NCBI GenBank assembly: GCA_015680685.1
Contig: MNCI01002498.1
Location: forward strand, 488,979-552,978
Direction: 5' to 3'
DNA from: Gnetum montanum
Lineage: Eukaryota > Plantae > Gnetophyta
Length of the DNA stretch: 64,000 nucleotides
The notes below the pieces were generated by a model that worked only from the letters and a program-made list of their open reading frames with translations, ran no database searches and was not told the DNA's origin. The translations under genes were made by a program, and so were the position numbers. Of this stretch, positions 37,350-50,599 are shown in pieces (within the stretch, counting starts at the first letter, position 1; every line of letters starts with the position of its first letter).

Positions 37350-38000
37350 AGTCATTCATGCCAAGTATTACTCTTGTTTTTTTTTAGCTTGTTGAGCTAA
37401 TGCTTAAATGGTATAAAGTGCCATAGATAAGGGGCCATTTATACATAAGCATGCAATGTTGATCATTCATAAGTGGACTCTAGATTTTGATGTTGAATTT
37501 GAAGAATATTCTAAAGTTCCATGTTTTGTCAAGTTATTTAATATCTTATTGAATTTTCAAAAAGTTGAGTAAGAGATTGGTAATCTTCTTGGTTCCATTA
37601 ATCATATAAAATCTATTTCCATACCATTTGGTTCCCATAGATATTTTTTTAGTTGAAATCATTCTTCTTAACTATAAAAATGAATTGCTATTAGAAGCAA
37701 GCAAGGAGAGTCATACTTAGCAAACCATATATTACAATCTTCCTAATTCTTGCAACTTTTACCATCATGAAGGATAAATGTCTATACTTAGCAAACCACA
37801 TATTATAATCTTCCTAATTCTTGCAACTTTTACCATCGTGAAGGATAAATGTCTATACTTAGCAAACCACATATTACAATCTTCCGAATTCTTGCAACTT
37901 TTACCATCATGAAAGATAAATGTCTCATGCTTGTCCTTTTTTGCTTAAGAAAAAATATTTTGAGAAAAAGAAAAAGCATATTGCAGTCAAAGATAAGAAA
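37350..38000 (+). mobile_element. Decayed L1-type ORF1 fragment (DUF4283-like region plus zinc knuckle)
   Basis: AIDKGPFIHKHAMLIIHKWTLDFDV...SKVPCFVKL resembles the GPW...W...F...vPvWv.l pattern; YNLPNSC resembles zf-CCHC_4. Confidence 0.55.
37713..37925. repeat. 71-bp tandem triplication
   Basis: ATACTTAGCAAACCA.ATATTA.AATCTTCC.AATTCTTGCAACTTTTACCATC.TGAA.GATAAATGTCT occurs three times. Confidence 0.9.
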
Positions 38001-40399
38001 AAAACAATCTAAAAATCATGTTAATATCAATGATAAGAATGATCAAATGGTAATGAAGAAACTAGATAAGATAGAAGTTTATGCAGCTATTTTTTCTAGA
38101 GGAAGTATTAATCAATCAAAATAGATAGCCTATAAAGAAATTGTTAAGAAGTGGGCTAATGATAATGACAAAAAATCTTGATCTAAGGTCAATTATGATG
38201 GACAATTTATGCTATTATTTTCTATTGGATATTCCTATTCTACAAAAGTTGATATTTTACTAAAGATTTCTCTTATTACTATGAATTCTTTTGCTATTCT
38301 AAATTCAAGCATGAATGCTTAAAGTGATGCAAATGTTATTAGGATTGGAATTGCTCTCTTAAATTGTCAAAGCATTATTTTAATTCTAAGTTTGTACACC
38401 TAAGTAGACATCCCTAAAAATGCAATTTTTTTTTCTTTTTTACTTTCCATGTTGTATTCTTGTTTGTTATTCAATGTTAAACATATGATATACTATGAAT
38501 ATTTTTTCTTATTATTAATATTAATTTGGGGTTCAAAACACCACCCTTATCCCCATCCCACCCCCCTTCTTCCTTTGGCCTTTACACCCCCAATAATCAA
38601 GTGGTTTGCTAATTATCTTCTTAGGAAAGAGGTTTCTAGTTCAAGTTGTGTTTGAGGCATCATTATATTTCTCTATTATTCTTCTAAAAGCATCATGTTT
38701 GCTATATGTCTTGGGGACATATATAGTCATCTAGTCATGGTTTCAACTCTTTGTCCCTCTCTCTTCCCCCTTTCCCCCACCTAAAAAAAAGTTTTAACAA
38801 CTTCATAGATAAAAAACAATTCATTATGTAACCCTCAACAACAAATTTATTTATTATCCATAGATAATGTCCAATATAAAAAGTTTAATGGATAGAAACA
38901 TACTAGTGTTAGATAGGTCTTATTTAATGTAAGCAAATAGAGTTATATCTTAATCGTAAGTCTCAAGTGTGATTCGAATTGATAACCTCTTACCTAACAA
39001 AATAGTGAACTAATCAGTTGAGCCCATGGCAATCCAACAATTCCATAAATAAAAAGACAATCAATTCCATAAACTTCAATAACTTTTTTTTAATTATACA
39101 TGATTCATGACCCTAAAACTTGATTTGATAGAACTACAGTAGTATGCTAGATAAGCCTTCTTTAATCTTAAAAAATGGCACTCTAGATTAACCTTACCTC
39201 ATTAACTTGTCATACATGCAAGTGTCTTGCCTCATTGCTTGTGACGTGTACTTAGATTAAACAAGAATGCTCCAAATTCAATGAAAAATCAACGATACAA
39301 TTTTCTTCTCAAGTTGCCTTCTCCTATTTCCTAGGATGCCAGGGGACATGATTCACTCCACACATAATGTACTAAACAAATCCTCCATACTTGTTCAAGA
39401 TATCATCATCAAAAGAATCTTATCCCAAACAAAGAGCACCTTCCAAGAAGGAGGAGACAAGCCACATGATGATGAGGAGAGAAGACCTAGGTAGGAATGG
39501 TATAGTCCAATCCTCCTCTAACCAAACACTTGGAAATTTCCACTCCACATGCAAGCAGAGATTCAGCCCGTCCCCACTTATTCAATGTCACTCAAAAGCA
39601 AAAAGAAAACGAACGAACCTACCTTTCAACGCTTGGACTCGGCATGAGACAACGAAAGACGGAAACGAATCTGAAAATATGTACGGACATTTAAAGAAAA
39701 AAGCGACCGGGGCTAGATATTCCACGTCATCGTCTCTGGGCCCACCACTGACCTCATATTTCGAGATTCAAAACCACAGAAAGCAAAAGTTGTGCGACGT
39801 ATATATATTTATTTTCCATGGTACTGATTCTCGCTCTCGTGGATGCCCAACCCGTGAACGCCACGTGGACTTCCACAACCATTTTAGTGATTTCCGCCTA
39901 AAGTACGCTAGACGTCTTATCCATATGTTGGGTAAAGGTTCTCTGGTGGTCAAGAGTTCGAGATACGCAAATTATGCCGTGAAAATGGTTGTTTGGACCT
40001 TTGTTAAATGCTTTCATCAAAATATTATGGTTGCAAAGGCTGACACGGCAAGACATTTGGACCATATGGGGTGTGCCCCATATTTTTTAATATATTCTTA
40101 TCATTATGCCTAAAGTATACATTTAGTATTTTGACCAAACAAACAGTTGGTCATTTTGTTAGGTTCATGAAACCTGCCATGATTTGGGTGCTATGGACAG
40201 TAACGACGTCAAACTTTACGGTGGCAATGATAAATTCAATTCACATTCTTTCGGTCATTATCACCGACTTTTTCTGGATAGACAAAAGAAAAAAAGAATC
40301 TTAGAACGAACTCCATCCGTGCCTCCTAACCAACAATGGAAAGTTAAAACTTAAGGATTGGGCAGGCTGCAAAAGGTCCGAGGATATATTATATTGTAA

Positions 40400-41900
40400 G
40401 GTGGTGAACCAAGAAATAAATGATATATTATAATGTGAGGTGGTTAACAAAGAAAAATATGATAATTTTTTTGTTAGGTCCCATTAGTGCCTACATTGGT
40501 AGAGTCCTATGTCATCTCTTATGTAATTTGACAAGAAAGGTGAGAGCTATAAAAATGGTAGGTCACATGTGGCATATCTCTATGGGGGCACACTGAAGTT
40601 TTGGGTAAAAGTTGGTATGAAAGGTAATGTACTAGTGATCATCATTTGGTGTCCAACAACAAGGTGGTCTCTTTAACAATAATGGAGATTCCATTCCATT
40701 GCAGATGCAAGTTGCAAGTTGCAATAATCCATGATAAAGGGGTATCCATCTTCCTTTTGTTGTTTTCAATGGACAAATGTAGTAAATGATATCATGGTGA
40801 GTTTGGTTTTGTGAGAGTGAAAATGATTTTGGGAAAGGTTAACACTATTGGTTCAAGTGGACAGGTGATGATGATGCAACCCCAACATGGCACTCACGCG
40901 CGGCTTACCTTCATGTTAAAGCGATTTCAACAAAATATTGACAAATACGTGATGCTAACCGGGGCTGTTGTTTATGTATCTTTTTGAGAAAAAAGCTCTA
41001 ATATTGCTGGGAAAAGGTACAAAAAATATAGGCAAGTCAATGTTATATTATGATCTTAAAAAAGTGTGCCATGCATAGTGTGGAGTCTAAGAAGTAGCCA
41101 CGAATGTGGTTTGACCAATCAAAATGGTAAACAAATGATGGCTATTTAGTGATGATGTATTTAGAGTGGTGGCAAGGCATGCAAGTTTAGGGATAGTGAT
41201 TGGGTATTTGCTTTATACGAGCCTTCTCTATTAAGGTGAAAGAATGATGACATTAGAAATTCATACATTTGAAATAATTAACATTGGTTAAAAAAAGATA
41301 TATTAGTTAGGAATGATCAACTTGCTAAAATGATTAGAATTTTAGGTTCAATATTCATTAGTGTTGTTTCAAGTGGCAAAATATGTGTAATTGGGACACC
41401 ATTATCATTGTAGTCTAAGCGTAGAGATGCCTCCTAGAGATTTGTTTGTTGTAAGTCTTTGTATTTGTCACAAGTCAATGCATCATCTCAATAAAGAGTG
41501 ATACTAGGTTGATTGTTAAAAGATGTAAGATTGGGCAAGGTATCCGTAATTGTGGGTAAATGGTAGGAGCCAAAGGGGTTGGTAGCTTCATCAATCACCC
41601 AAATTTGCTTATGGTGTTTACTAATGCATCTCTGCTTGGGCATGGGATTTTTAGTCTTGAAAGGGAATTAGGTCACGTTTGGTGTTGCGCATGGGTTGTT
41701 GGTCATGGTTGGGTCATGAGAGGTATGAGGAAACTAAATTAGTTAGAGGTTACTTCAAATGAGTAAGGATACCATTAGGTTCTACTTGTGGGGCTTGGGG
41801 TAGGAGCATGGTGGTTAGGCTAGGATATTATGAGGAGGATCAATGTCATTGGGATATAGTTTATTTATACGTGATGCTAGAAAAGGTTGTAGTAATAAAC
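40400..41900 (+). mobile_element. Highly decayed LINE ORF2 remnants
   Basis: SDHHLV (APE endonuclease C-terminal motif, about 40635) and FSLERELGH (RT 'F...RG.RQG' region, about 41650). Fragmentary. Confidence 0.4.
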
Positions 41901-42562
41901 TGAATTGGTCTATCTTTAAAGTATGTAATTTATTAGCTAATGCATGTTAAACTTGCATTGTTAACTTATAGGTTCAAACATAATAGGCTATATATTGATA
42001 CATGCAAGTATTATGCAAAAAATATTAAAGCTAAATTAGTCCAACACATCTATAGGATTTTGATATAATTAAAAACAATTTTGATGGAGATTGAAAATTC
42101 CCTATATTGTTTTGTTTCATTTCAAAATTTTTGTAGTACAAATAATAGGACAAGAGAGAGAAAAATCCTATCATGTTCTTGCTTGCTTGAAGAGAGATAA
42201 CTATATTCATTATATGATTGAGAAAAAATACAAAGGCTTTTTGGCACCTTTATATAAAAAGGATAATTAAAATTGAAATTTTTTTTCATTAGGGCTCCAT
42301 TTAAATATAAACATTTTTTTTCATATTCCATATAATTCTAGAGTGCCTTTATACATCACTCAAGTAAAGATCCTTGCTCACACTGTATATAATCCTATTA
42401 TCATTCTAATAGCAAGTTTGATTATGACTTAATCTAATACACTGTAATGTTTAACAAAATTATTGCGAAAGTTCATATTAGCTATATGTCCTAGGTGTAC
42501 ATCTAGTCATGTAATTTTGGTTTCAACATCATATATATGTATATGCATGCACACATATAATG

Positions 42563-42640
42563 AGGTTTTAACTTAGTGGTAAGAATCCTGATTTAGAAAC
42601 TCCAAGTTATAAGTTCAATTCTAGTGGGCAATGTTGAGTT
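42563..42640 (+). mobile_element. tRNA-derived SINE-like head
   Basis: A-box-like TAACTTAGTGGTAAGA and B-box-like AGTTCAATTC at tRNA-like spacing. Related copies on the minus strand at 42712-42776 joined to 48125-48210, and at 48212-48355. Confidence 0.45.
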
Positions 42641-42776
42641 ATGAAATTAAAATTGAAACTAAATTTTTATCCATGTCTACTAAGATCCTTTGGATCTATT
42701 AGATTAATTTTAGAATTTCTTTTACAAATTTTTTTATACATAACTCAACATGACTCATTGGAATCAAACCTATGAC

Positions 42777-45700
42777 TGTTGACCTTTTGGCATGTCAAAA
42801 CCTTAGGGAAAATGGAGAATATAGAATGTATGTGTGGAAGTATGATTTTGCAAAACATGAACAAGAACTCCACAAAGAGATATGAGAACTCAAGGAAACA
42901 AGATCTACATCAAGAGGTCAAAATGAAGACTACATGGGCAAGATGAGAGCATGAATGAAAATGAAGTCTACAAGTGAAATGAAGATGCTTCAAGGACTAC
43001 CAAGAAGACAAATTGTCAAGAAAAAGCCTTAGAATTCGAAGTCCAAAAGTTGAGTAGACATCTTGGAAAAATAGTAGACATATATTTCCAATAGTAGATG
43101 TTCCACTATAGACATCCCACTTCCTAGATAGATGTCTCTCCGACATTAATATCAATCTTAGTTAGATGTCTCAACTTTGAAGTAGACATCTACACTAGCT
43201 ATTTGGTAGCTATTGCATGAGTTCTAAGGAGTTTTTAGAAACTTCAAGGCTATAAGATGATGTCAAAATCTTCGGAATTGTGCAAGCATTATTCACACAA
43301 AAGCTTTTCATTGTCAATTCTAAGCAATTTTATTCTTGCTCCTCATTGTAACATCATTTTCTTGATTGTAATTGTACTAAGTTTCAAGCATAAGTATTTG
43401 TAAATTTAGTTACATTCTTTTCTTTCTTTCTTGTAGCCTTGTAGGGTTAATGTGCTTCTTATGGAAAGACATCTTTGTTGAGCTTGTCGGGATCCTATAA
43501 GATTGAGTCGTTTTGTAGCGTTAAAACACTCTAGAGTGGAGCTCACTTTTGTTAAAGTTATGGTATCCTTGAAACCACATTCTAAGCTTGTTGGAACCTT
43601 GCGGGATAGAGTGGTTTCGCAATAAAAAAACACTCTAGAGTAGAGCTTAGAGCTTGTATAGGGTGTGATACCCTTCAATCTATATTTTTTTTTGAAGAAA
43701 CAAAGTTTGGAGGTGTGCATGGATTCTACCCTCCGAGTGTGGACATATCCAAGTTGGGGAACCATGTAAAATTTGGTGTGTTCTTGTGGCTAGTGAAATT
43801 TTTATTGGGGAACTTGTTTAATCTCCCTTTCTAAGTTCTTGATCCACAAGTGGTATCAGAGCCCGGTGCTCTCAAGTTCATGCTTCAACTTTTAAGAGTG
43901 AACTATGGAGGGGACATCCTGCACAAAGCCACCGATGTTCAATGGGTTTGAATTTGCATATTGGAAGTCAAGGATGCAAGGCTTCTTCTAGTCCATGGAA
44001 TTTGAGATATGGGAGTCAATCCTTGAAGGCTACACACCACCTGTCGATAGTGCATCAAAAGTTCTCAAGTCATAGAACAAATGGATGGCTAAAGAATAAG
44101 ATAAATTTATGTATGATTCTAAAGCAAAAAATTGTTTGTATCATGCATTAAATAAGTCTAAATTTAATAAATTAGTTGGGTGTAAGACTGCTAAGGAAAT
44201 TTGGGAAACTTTAGAGGCTACCTATGAGGGCACATCTATAGTTAAATAATCAAAACTTTTGATCTTGCAAAGTGAATATGACAAACTTAAGATGAAGGAA
44301 GGTGAAAAGATTAAGGATTATTTCTATAGGGTAAATGATCCTATTGTAGCAATTAGGGGTCCAAGCAAGGACTTACCTAAGAGCGATGTAATTATAAAAA
44401 ATATTAGAACACTATAGCTCAAATTTAGACCTAAGGTCATAGCTATGGAAGAAATTAGAGATTTTTTGATCCTTAAATTTGAAGAGCTTTAAAGTTCTCT
44501 TATTGCTTGTGAGATGAATATCATAAGCAAAGGAGCAATAAAGGAAAAGCTTATTGCCTTGAAATCAACATCAAAAGAGAAGGAGTTGGTTGAACAAGAA
44601 ATGAATAGTGATGAAGAAATAGATCTTCTATCAAGAAGAGTTCAAAGACTCCTTGTACGGAAAGGAAGAAGCTGCAACCCACAAGGACCAAATCAGTCCA
44701 AAGGTAAGGAAAAAGGTAAAAGTTCTATAAATTCAAAGATTGATGCATTTTTGATAGATTTTTGGGTATGTGGTGGAAGAGCCCATGTGGCCTTTGAATG
44801 TCCTAGCACTGGTAGGTTGCAACGAAGAGATAAGACTAAAGTGAATACAAAAAATACTAACTTCTACACAAGTTGGGATGATGGAGAACAAAGTGAAGAA
44901 GAGGTTGATGATACTACAAAAGACTCACAGGTTATATGTATGCCCTCATAAATGAAGATTCATCAAAGATTTTTGTTGAATGAAGAGGTAATCATGATGA
45001 AGGGCATAGTGAGTTACATGAAGAAATTCTTATCTTACATCATCTACTCAAAAAGGTAAAGAAAAATATGCATAGAAAAATTTCTGAAATCTATACCTTA
45101 TCTTCCAAATTAAAAAGGGAAATCTCATATATAAAAGCCAAGATTCAACTACTAACCCCATTGGATGAAGCAAAATGCAGGGATAGTCCAAGAAGAAGGG
45201 ATCAGTGAAAATAAAGAAAATCAGCATAAAAGTGAAAGCTTGGAAGAAACCTATGAAAATGATACTTGTACTAGTTCAAGTATAATCAAGTTTGATGATT
45301 CTATTCATGAAAGGAACACTTCATATTTTTGTAAAAATTGTGATCATAAACAAGATTATTATCCTCACATAGAACAAAATAACGTTGATACTTGATCTTA
45401 TCAAAAGGAATCTAGTGAGTGTATCTTGTAGGGTGCAACAACTTGGAAAGATAATGAGCCAACAACTGGAGAAACTTCTAAAAGAATGAATGAAACTATA
45501 AAAAATTATGGCTCTTCCTATCTTGAGGAACATGAACAAGAAGGATTTCCATACAAGGTTGGGGATATCAACAAAGGAGCTAATGAGAGAAAATAAAATG
45601 TTTAGGAGGTACTCCATGATAGAGGGCCTCATCTCAAAATTCATTAGTCATTCTCATGTCAATAAGCAAGTACGGTATGTCATGGTAAGTCTCTATTCCC

Positions 45701-48124
45701 TTGCTTGCTAGATTTAATATAGGCCAATTTTTTTTAATTTATCATCAAAGAAAATATATCTTAATCATCCAATGCATAAAATTATTGAAAAAGGGTTTCA
45801 AAGCAAGATCAAGGTAGTATGGTTATCTCTCATGTTATCTTCTGAATTATTTAGCTATATACATGTCCTTAAAAAGTTTTATGCTTGAAGGAACTCTATA
45901 TTTGAGAAACAAGTAAAAGGCATTGCATCTATGTTAAAAATTTTCTATTTTTTATCATAAGATACTAATAACATAAGAAATTGGTCCAAGTATTGCAGAA
46001 AAATGGTAAAATGAGGAAAATAGTTATGATTTGTGCCTAATAATTTTCCTAATGTTTTTGTCTTTTATAAACATTTTTGGTTCATTCTATATTCTTGAAT
46101 AATTAAGATTATGATCAAATAGTTGCAAATCTTAAAAAGAGTTAAAGAAGAGATAGGCACATAGGTAGAAGAGTTAAAAGTAATCATCAATTGTGCAAGC
46201 TTCCAGAATTTATTTAAATATATCTCTATGTTAGTGCTACATCATTGAGTAGTTAAGTCTCTTGTTGCTAATATGAGTTGAATAGTTCTTACATAGGAGA
46301 TCTCAAGCCTACTCATTTAAGAAATAGTATTGAAATTTCTTTTCTTTGGCAAAACATCTTAGGGAATTTCAAAAATCAATTGATGAGATATTTTAAGCTT
46401 TCTTAAGATATATGTGGTCAAATTGAACATGTTAATTAAAATTTGCTCTATTTGATCTCTTGATCTTGTTTTGGAATTTGATCTATTTTTTAAAAGTTAG
46501 GTGTGTATGTACTTATTTTCCTTTAGATGAATTTACTATGTCCATTCTTTGATTATGAAAATGTGATGAGAAAAATCTAATGAGGCATTACTTAGATGAA
46601 GATTGTATAATATATCTTGATGTAATCCTTAACAATCTTTTGATCTATCTTATTTCTAATATTTATGTTGTAAGACCCAAGTCACTTTTTGGTGATGTTG
46701 AAAAAGAGGGAGGATTTATGTCTTCTTGATATGATTGTGATCTAGGTGTCATGGGAAACATGGCATAGAATGATAATGATGACCTTATAGATATACTTGA
46801 ACAATTCTGACTTGATGGTGGTATTGATGTCTATCTTTCTAGTATAGAGACAAGATATTCAACATTCGTTGCTTAGCCCTTGATCATAAATGACCTTATT
46901 CAAAATTCACAATATTCTCTTTATGATTAATGAATTTTGTGCTATAGTAAGGATGCATTTTTGCATAGTCTTTTATCTCTGATCATCCTTAGCTCAATCG
47001 ATTTTGGAATATACTAATCCATTTTCTCAAGTTTTGGACATCACCAAAAAAGAGGAGATTGTTGACATTTTGGTATGTCAAAACCTTAAGGAAAATGGAG
47101 AATATAGAATGTATGTGTGGAAGTATGATTTTGTAGGACATGAACAAGAACCTCACAAAAAGATCTGAGAAATCAAGGAAACGAGATCTGTGTCAAGATG
47201 TCAAAATGAAAACTACGTGGGCAAGATGAGAGCATGGATGAAAATGAGGTTTACAAGTCAAATAAAGATGCTCCAAGGACTACCAAGAAGACAAATTGAC
47301 AAGAGAAGGCCTCAAAATTCAAAGTCCAAAAGTTGAGTAGATATCTTGGAAAAATAGTAGAAGTCTATTCCCAATAGTAGATGTCCTAGTTGCTAGATAG
47401 ACATCTCTCCTACATTGAGATTAATCTTAGGTAGACATCTCAACTTTGAAGTAGACATCTACATTAGCCATTTGGTAGCAGTTGCATGAATGCTAAGGAG
47501 TTTTTAGAAACTCCAAGGCTATAAGATTATGTCAAAATCTTGGAAATTCTACAAGAACTGTTCACACAAAAGCCCTTCATTGTCTATTCTAAGCAATTTT
47601 ATTCTTGCTCCTCATTGTAACACCATTTGCTTGATTGTAATTGTACTGAGCTTTAAGTACAAGGATCCATAAGTTTAGTTACATTCTTTCCTTATTCTTT
47701 TCTTTCTTTCTTGTAGCCTTGTAGGGTTGATGTGCTTCTTGCGGGAAGACATCTTTGTTGAGCTTATTGGGATCATTTAGGATTGAGTTGTTTTACAGTG
47801 TCAAAACACTCCAAAGTTGAGCTTAATTTTGTAAAGGTTATGGGATCCTTGAAACCACATTCTAAGCTTATTGGGACCTTGTGGATTGAGTAGTTTTGCA
47901 GTGATGAAAAACTCTAGAGCAGAGCTTATAGCTTGTACAAGGTTTGGTGCCCTTCAAACCACATTTTTTAAAGAAAAAAAGTCCAAAGGTGTGCACGGAT
48001 TCTACCCTCTGAGTGTGGATGTACCCATGTTAGGGAACCATGTAAAATTTGGTGTGTTCTTGTGGCTAGTGTAATTTTTATTGGGGAACTTATTTAACCC
48101 TTCCTTTTAAGTTCTCGATCCACA
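42777..48124 (+). mobile_element. Complete non-autonomous gag-only LTR element (TR-GAG-like, Copia/SIRE-type termini)
   Basis: LTRs 42777-43848 and 47060-48124 (TGTTGAC...GATCCACA); TSD ATGAC; PBS TGGTATCAGAGCC at 43851; PPT CACCAAAAAAGAGGAGAT; degenerate Copia gag from ATG 43905; no pol. Confidence 0.9.
43905..45400 (+). pseudogene. Copia-type gag (DUF4219/UBN2-like, degenerate Zn knuckle)
   Basis: KPPMFNGFEFAYWKSRMQGF...; KTAKEIWETLEATYEG; degenerate knuckle VCGGRAHVAFECP; multiple stops. Confidence 0.75.
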
Positions 48125-48599
48125 ATGACATGGATTTTTTAGGCCAAGACTCTTACCACTAAGCTAAGTTCTTGTTGTTAGCTTAGAGTTTAAAAACTTA
48201 GAGAAATTGTTGAATTTCTTTTACAAATTTTTTTTTGTACATAACTCAGTGTAGCTCACTAGAATCAAATCTATGATCTAGGTTAGCCTAAGACTCTTAC
48301 CATTAATATAAGACCTCATTGTTAGCTTATAGTATAAAAATTTAGAGAAATGATTGTTGGTTGCTAAATCTAAAGAGAAAATTCAACAACTTATAGTAAA
48401 AATAACTTCAATAAATTCTAAGCAAATCTAATGTCACATCATAAAGATACTAGATCTAATAAATGAAGAACAAAGAATGACAAAAGTACTTTTAGAGGAT
48501 TTTCACCTCTTCATTAGTTATCCTAACATCTATTCTTAACTTCTAAACTAGGCATGATTTGATGAACTAGAGAGGTTAGGGGAATATATATGTGGATGG

Positions 48600-49500
48600 A
48601 TGGGTGGAGGCACCATTTGTAAAATCAAAGGTGGACTAAAAGTTAGATTTTAAGATTAAAATCACATCTAGCTAGGTGCACAAAAATGTAACCTATACTT
48701 AGAGCATAAACTTGAACTTATATTAGCTTCAAATTCTAAATTTACTTTGCATGAGGTAGGATTTGAGAGTGCAAGCATTTTTCCAATAAACAACATGTCT
48801 TAAAGTTGATATACATAAATGGAAATGTTGCTATAGGAATTCTTGGAAGTTAGGATTTAGGATGGTTCCTCAAGTCTAAGCACCTTGTAGAGGGTGAATT
48901 TTTATGCTTAAAGACTAAGTTGATTTCCTTCATTCTAACTCCTCTAGAAGCAACATAGTACAATAATTTGAAGTAATTTTCTATCAAGAATTTTTAAAAG
49001 CATGGCTTGATAAATGAGGCTAGGTAGCCATGGGCATGAAGCTAGCGGAAAAATATTTACTATAAAAAAGCATACTGTCCCAAGGATGATTCTTGGATGA
49101 GGAAACAAGTAAGCTTGTCATGGATGAAATCTTGCTTTTGGTGAGGTGGGTGTTAGAAGTGAAATGAAATGTACTAAAAAGTAGCCAAGGGTTTTTAATA
49201 CCAACTTGTGTAAAAGAAATGCCATTAGAATAGAAATTGGTACCCTTGAAAATGATGATATTTAGAGAGTCCATTGAGTTGTATAAAATGGTATGGGTAA
49301 TGTTAAAGATTTCAAACTTGGATTTGTGGTAGAGATAAAATCTCTAAAGATCCTCCATGAAGCCTTGTTAAATATCAAAGGCATCATTTATGTACCAATG
49401 GTAAATGAGAAGATTTTCATGTAATCATGATAAAACTTAATATTTCAAGTTACTAAGAAAGAGATATGTATGCTACAACAAAGTTGCTTTCCATAACAAT
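48600..49500 (+). mobile_element. Possible decayed LINE ORF2 remnant
   Basis: Only short translated snippets resembling the post-RT region of plant L1; weak. Confidence 0.25.
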
Positions 49501-50599
49501 ATCTTAAATTTGTTTGAAACATAATTTGTTGACCTTCAAATAATGCTTCTTCGAACAAGGTGATAAGTAGTGGGTGTTCCCTACGCCCAACCATACAAAT
49601 CACTAGCATGTACATGTGATGTGGTCGTATTCCATAGACTTTATTTACCTAAGTGGCTGATTTTCCTAGATAGTGAAATATGTAGTCATTAGTCATTGTT
49701 TTTCTAATTAACATTTATCTTAATCCATGTATGTGGTTAAGTGTGATTAAGGTACAAGATATTTATTTTTATACTTTTTATTATTTTCTCTGCTAACAAA
49801 ATAATTAAGTGAATAAAAATTTCATATTTAAATTAACTAACTAATTAACTACTTAATTAACTAACTAGCCTAAACATGGAGTATTTGTTTCAACTTTTTG
49901 TACATATCCTAAACATATACTAATACTATTGGATTACCAAGGGTCTACTACTAGGTGTACCAAGTATCCATTGTTGGGATTACCAAGTATTAATACATTT
50001 TGCTTGAAGTGTTCATACTCACATTAGTTAAAAATAATAATGTGAATGCTTAACCATAAGAAAGTAAACTGCATGTAAAGTAAATTGTGGGAAAGTAAAG
50101 TTAGGCTAATCTGAGTGCTACAATGGATAGAAGAATCTCAATTTTATTTTTGCTCATGAAAATATGTCTAGGTAGTGCACTCAAATAAAATGCTGTACAA
50201 TCACTTGAATCCATAATGTGGGCACTTAGAGAAAAAAATATTGTAACTTCTATAGAAGAAATTGCAATAGTTCAGCTAAGGGAATGATCAAAAGGTGTCA
50301 TAAATGTGATGGGTATGCACATTTATATAGGTAATGATTGCATCAGCATTGATGTGCTTGCATCAATGCATCTTGAGATGCATCGATAGGGATGCATCAA
50401 CACAATCATCTTATTAATGTTTCATCATATCCTCATAGCTGACTAAAAACTTGTCCTTGAGTGAACAAAAATGGGATTGTGTTTCTTACAAAATTTTGGA
50501 AAGTTTGAAATTTTATTAACTGATTGACTCTAGTTGACTCTAAGTGCTATATTGTATAGATTACAAAAATTTGTGCAATTTACAATAAAAATTTGGATA

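Noticed and set aside
37713-37925. Direct repeats (also 28304-28391 and 11497-11630) as a CRISPR-like array
   Set aside because: Units are head-to-tail with no unique spacers, in a eukaryotic context.
39391-40113. 240-aa ORF
   Set aside because: Non-ATG start, no recognisable motifs, and it spans promoter-like sequence; no support for coding.
42563-42640. Functional tRNA gene
   Set aside because: Only degenerate A/B boxes; no complete cloverleaf or acceptor stem.
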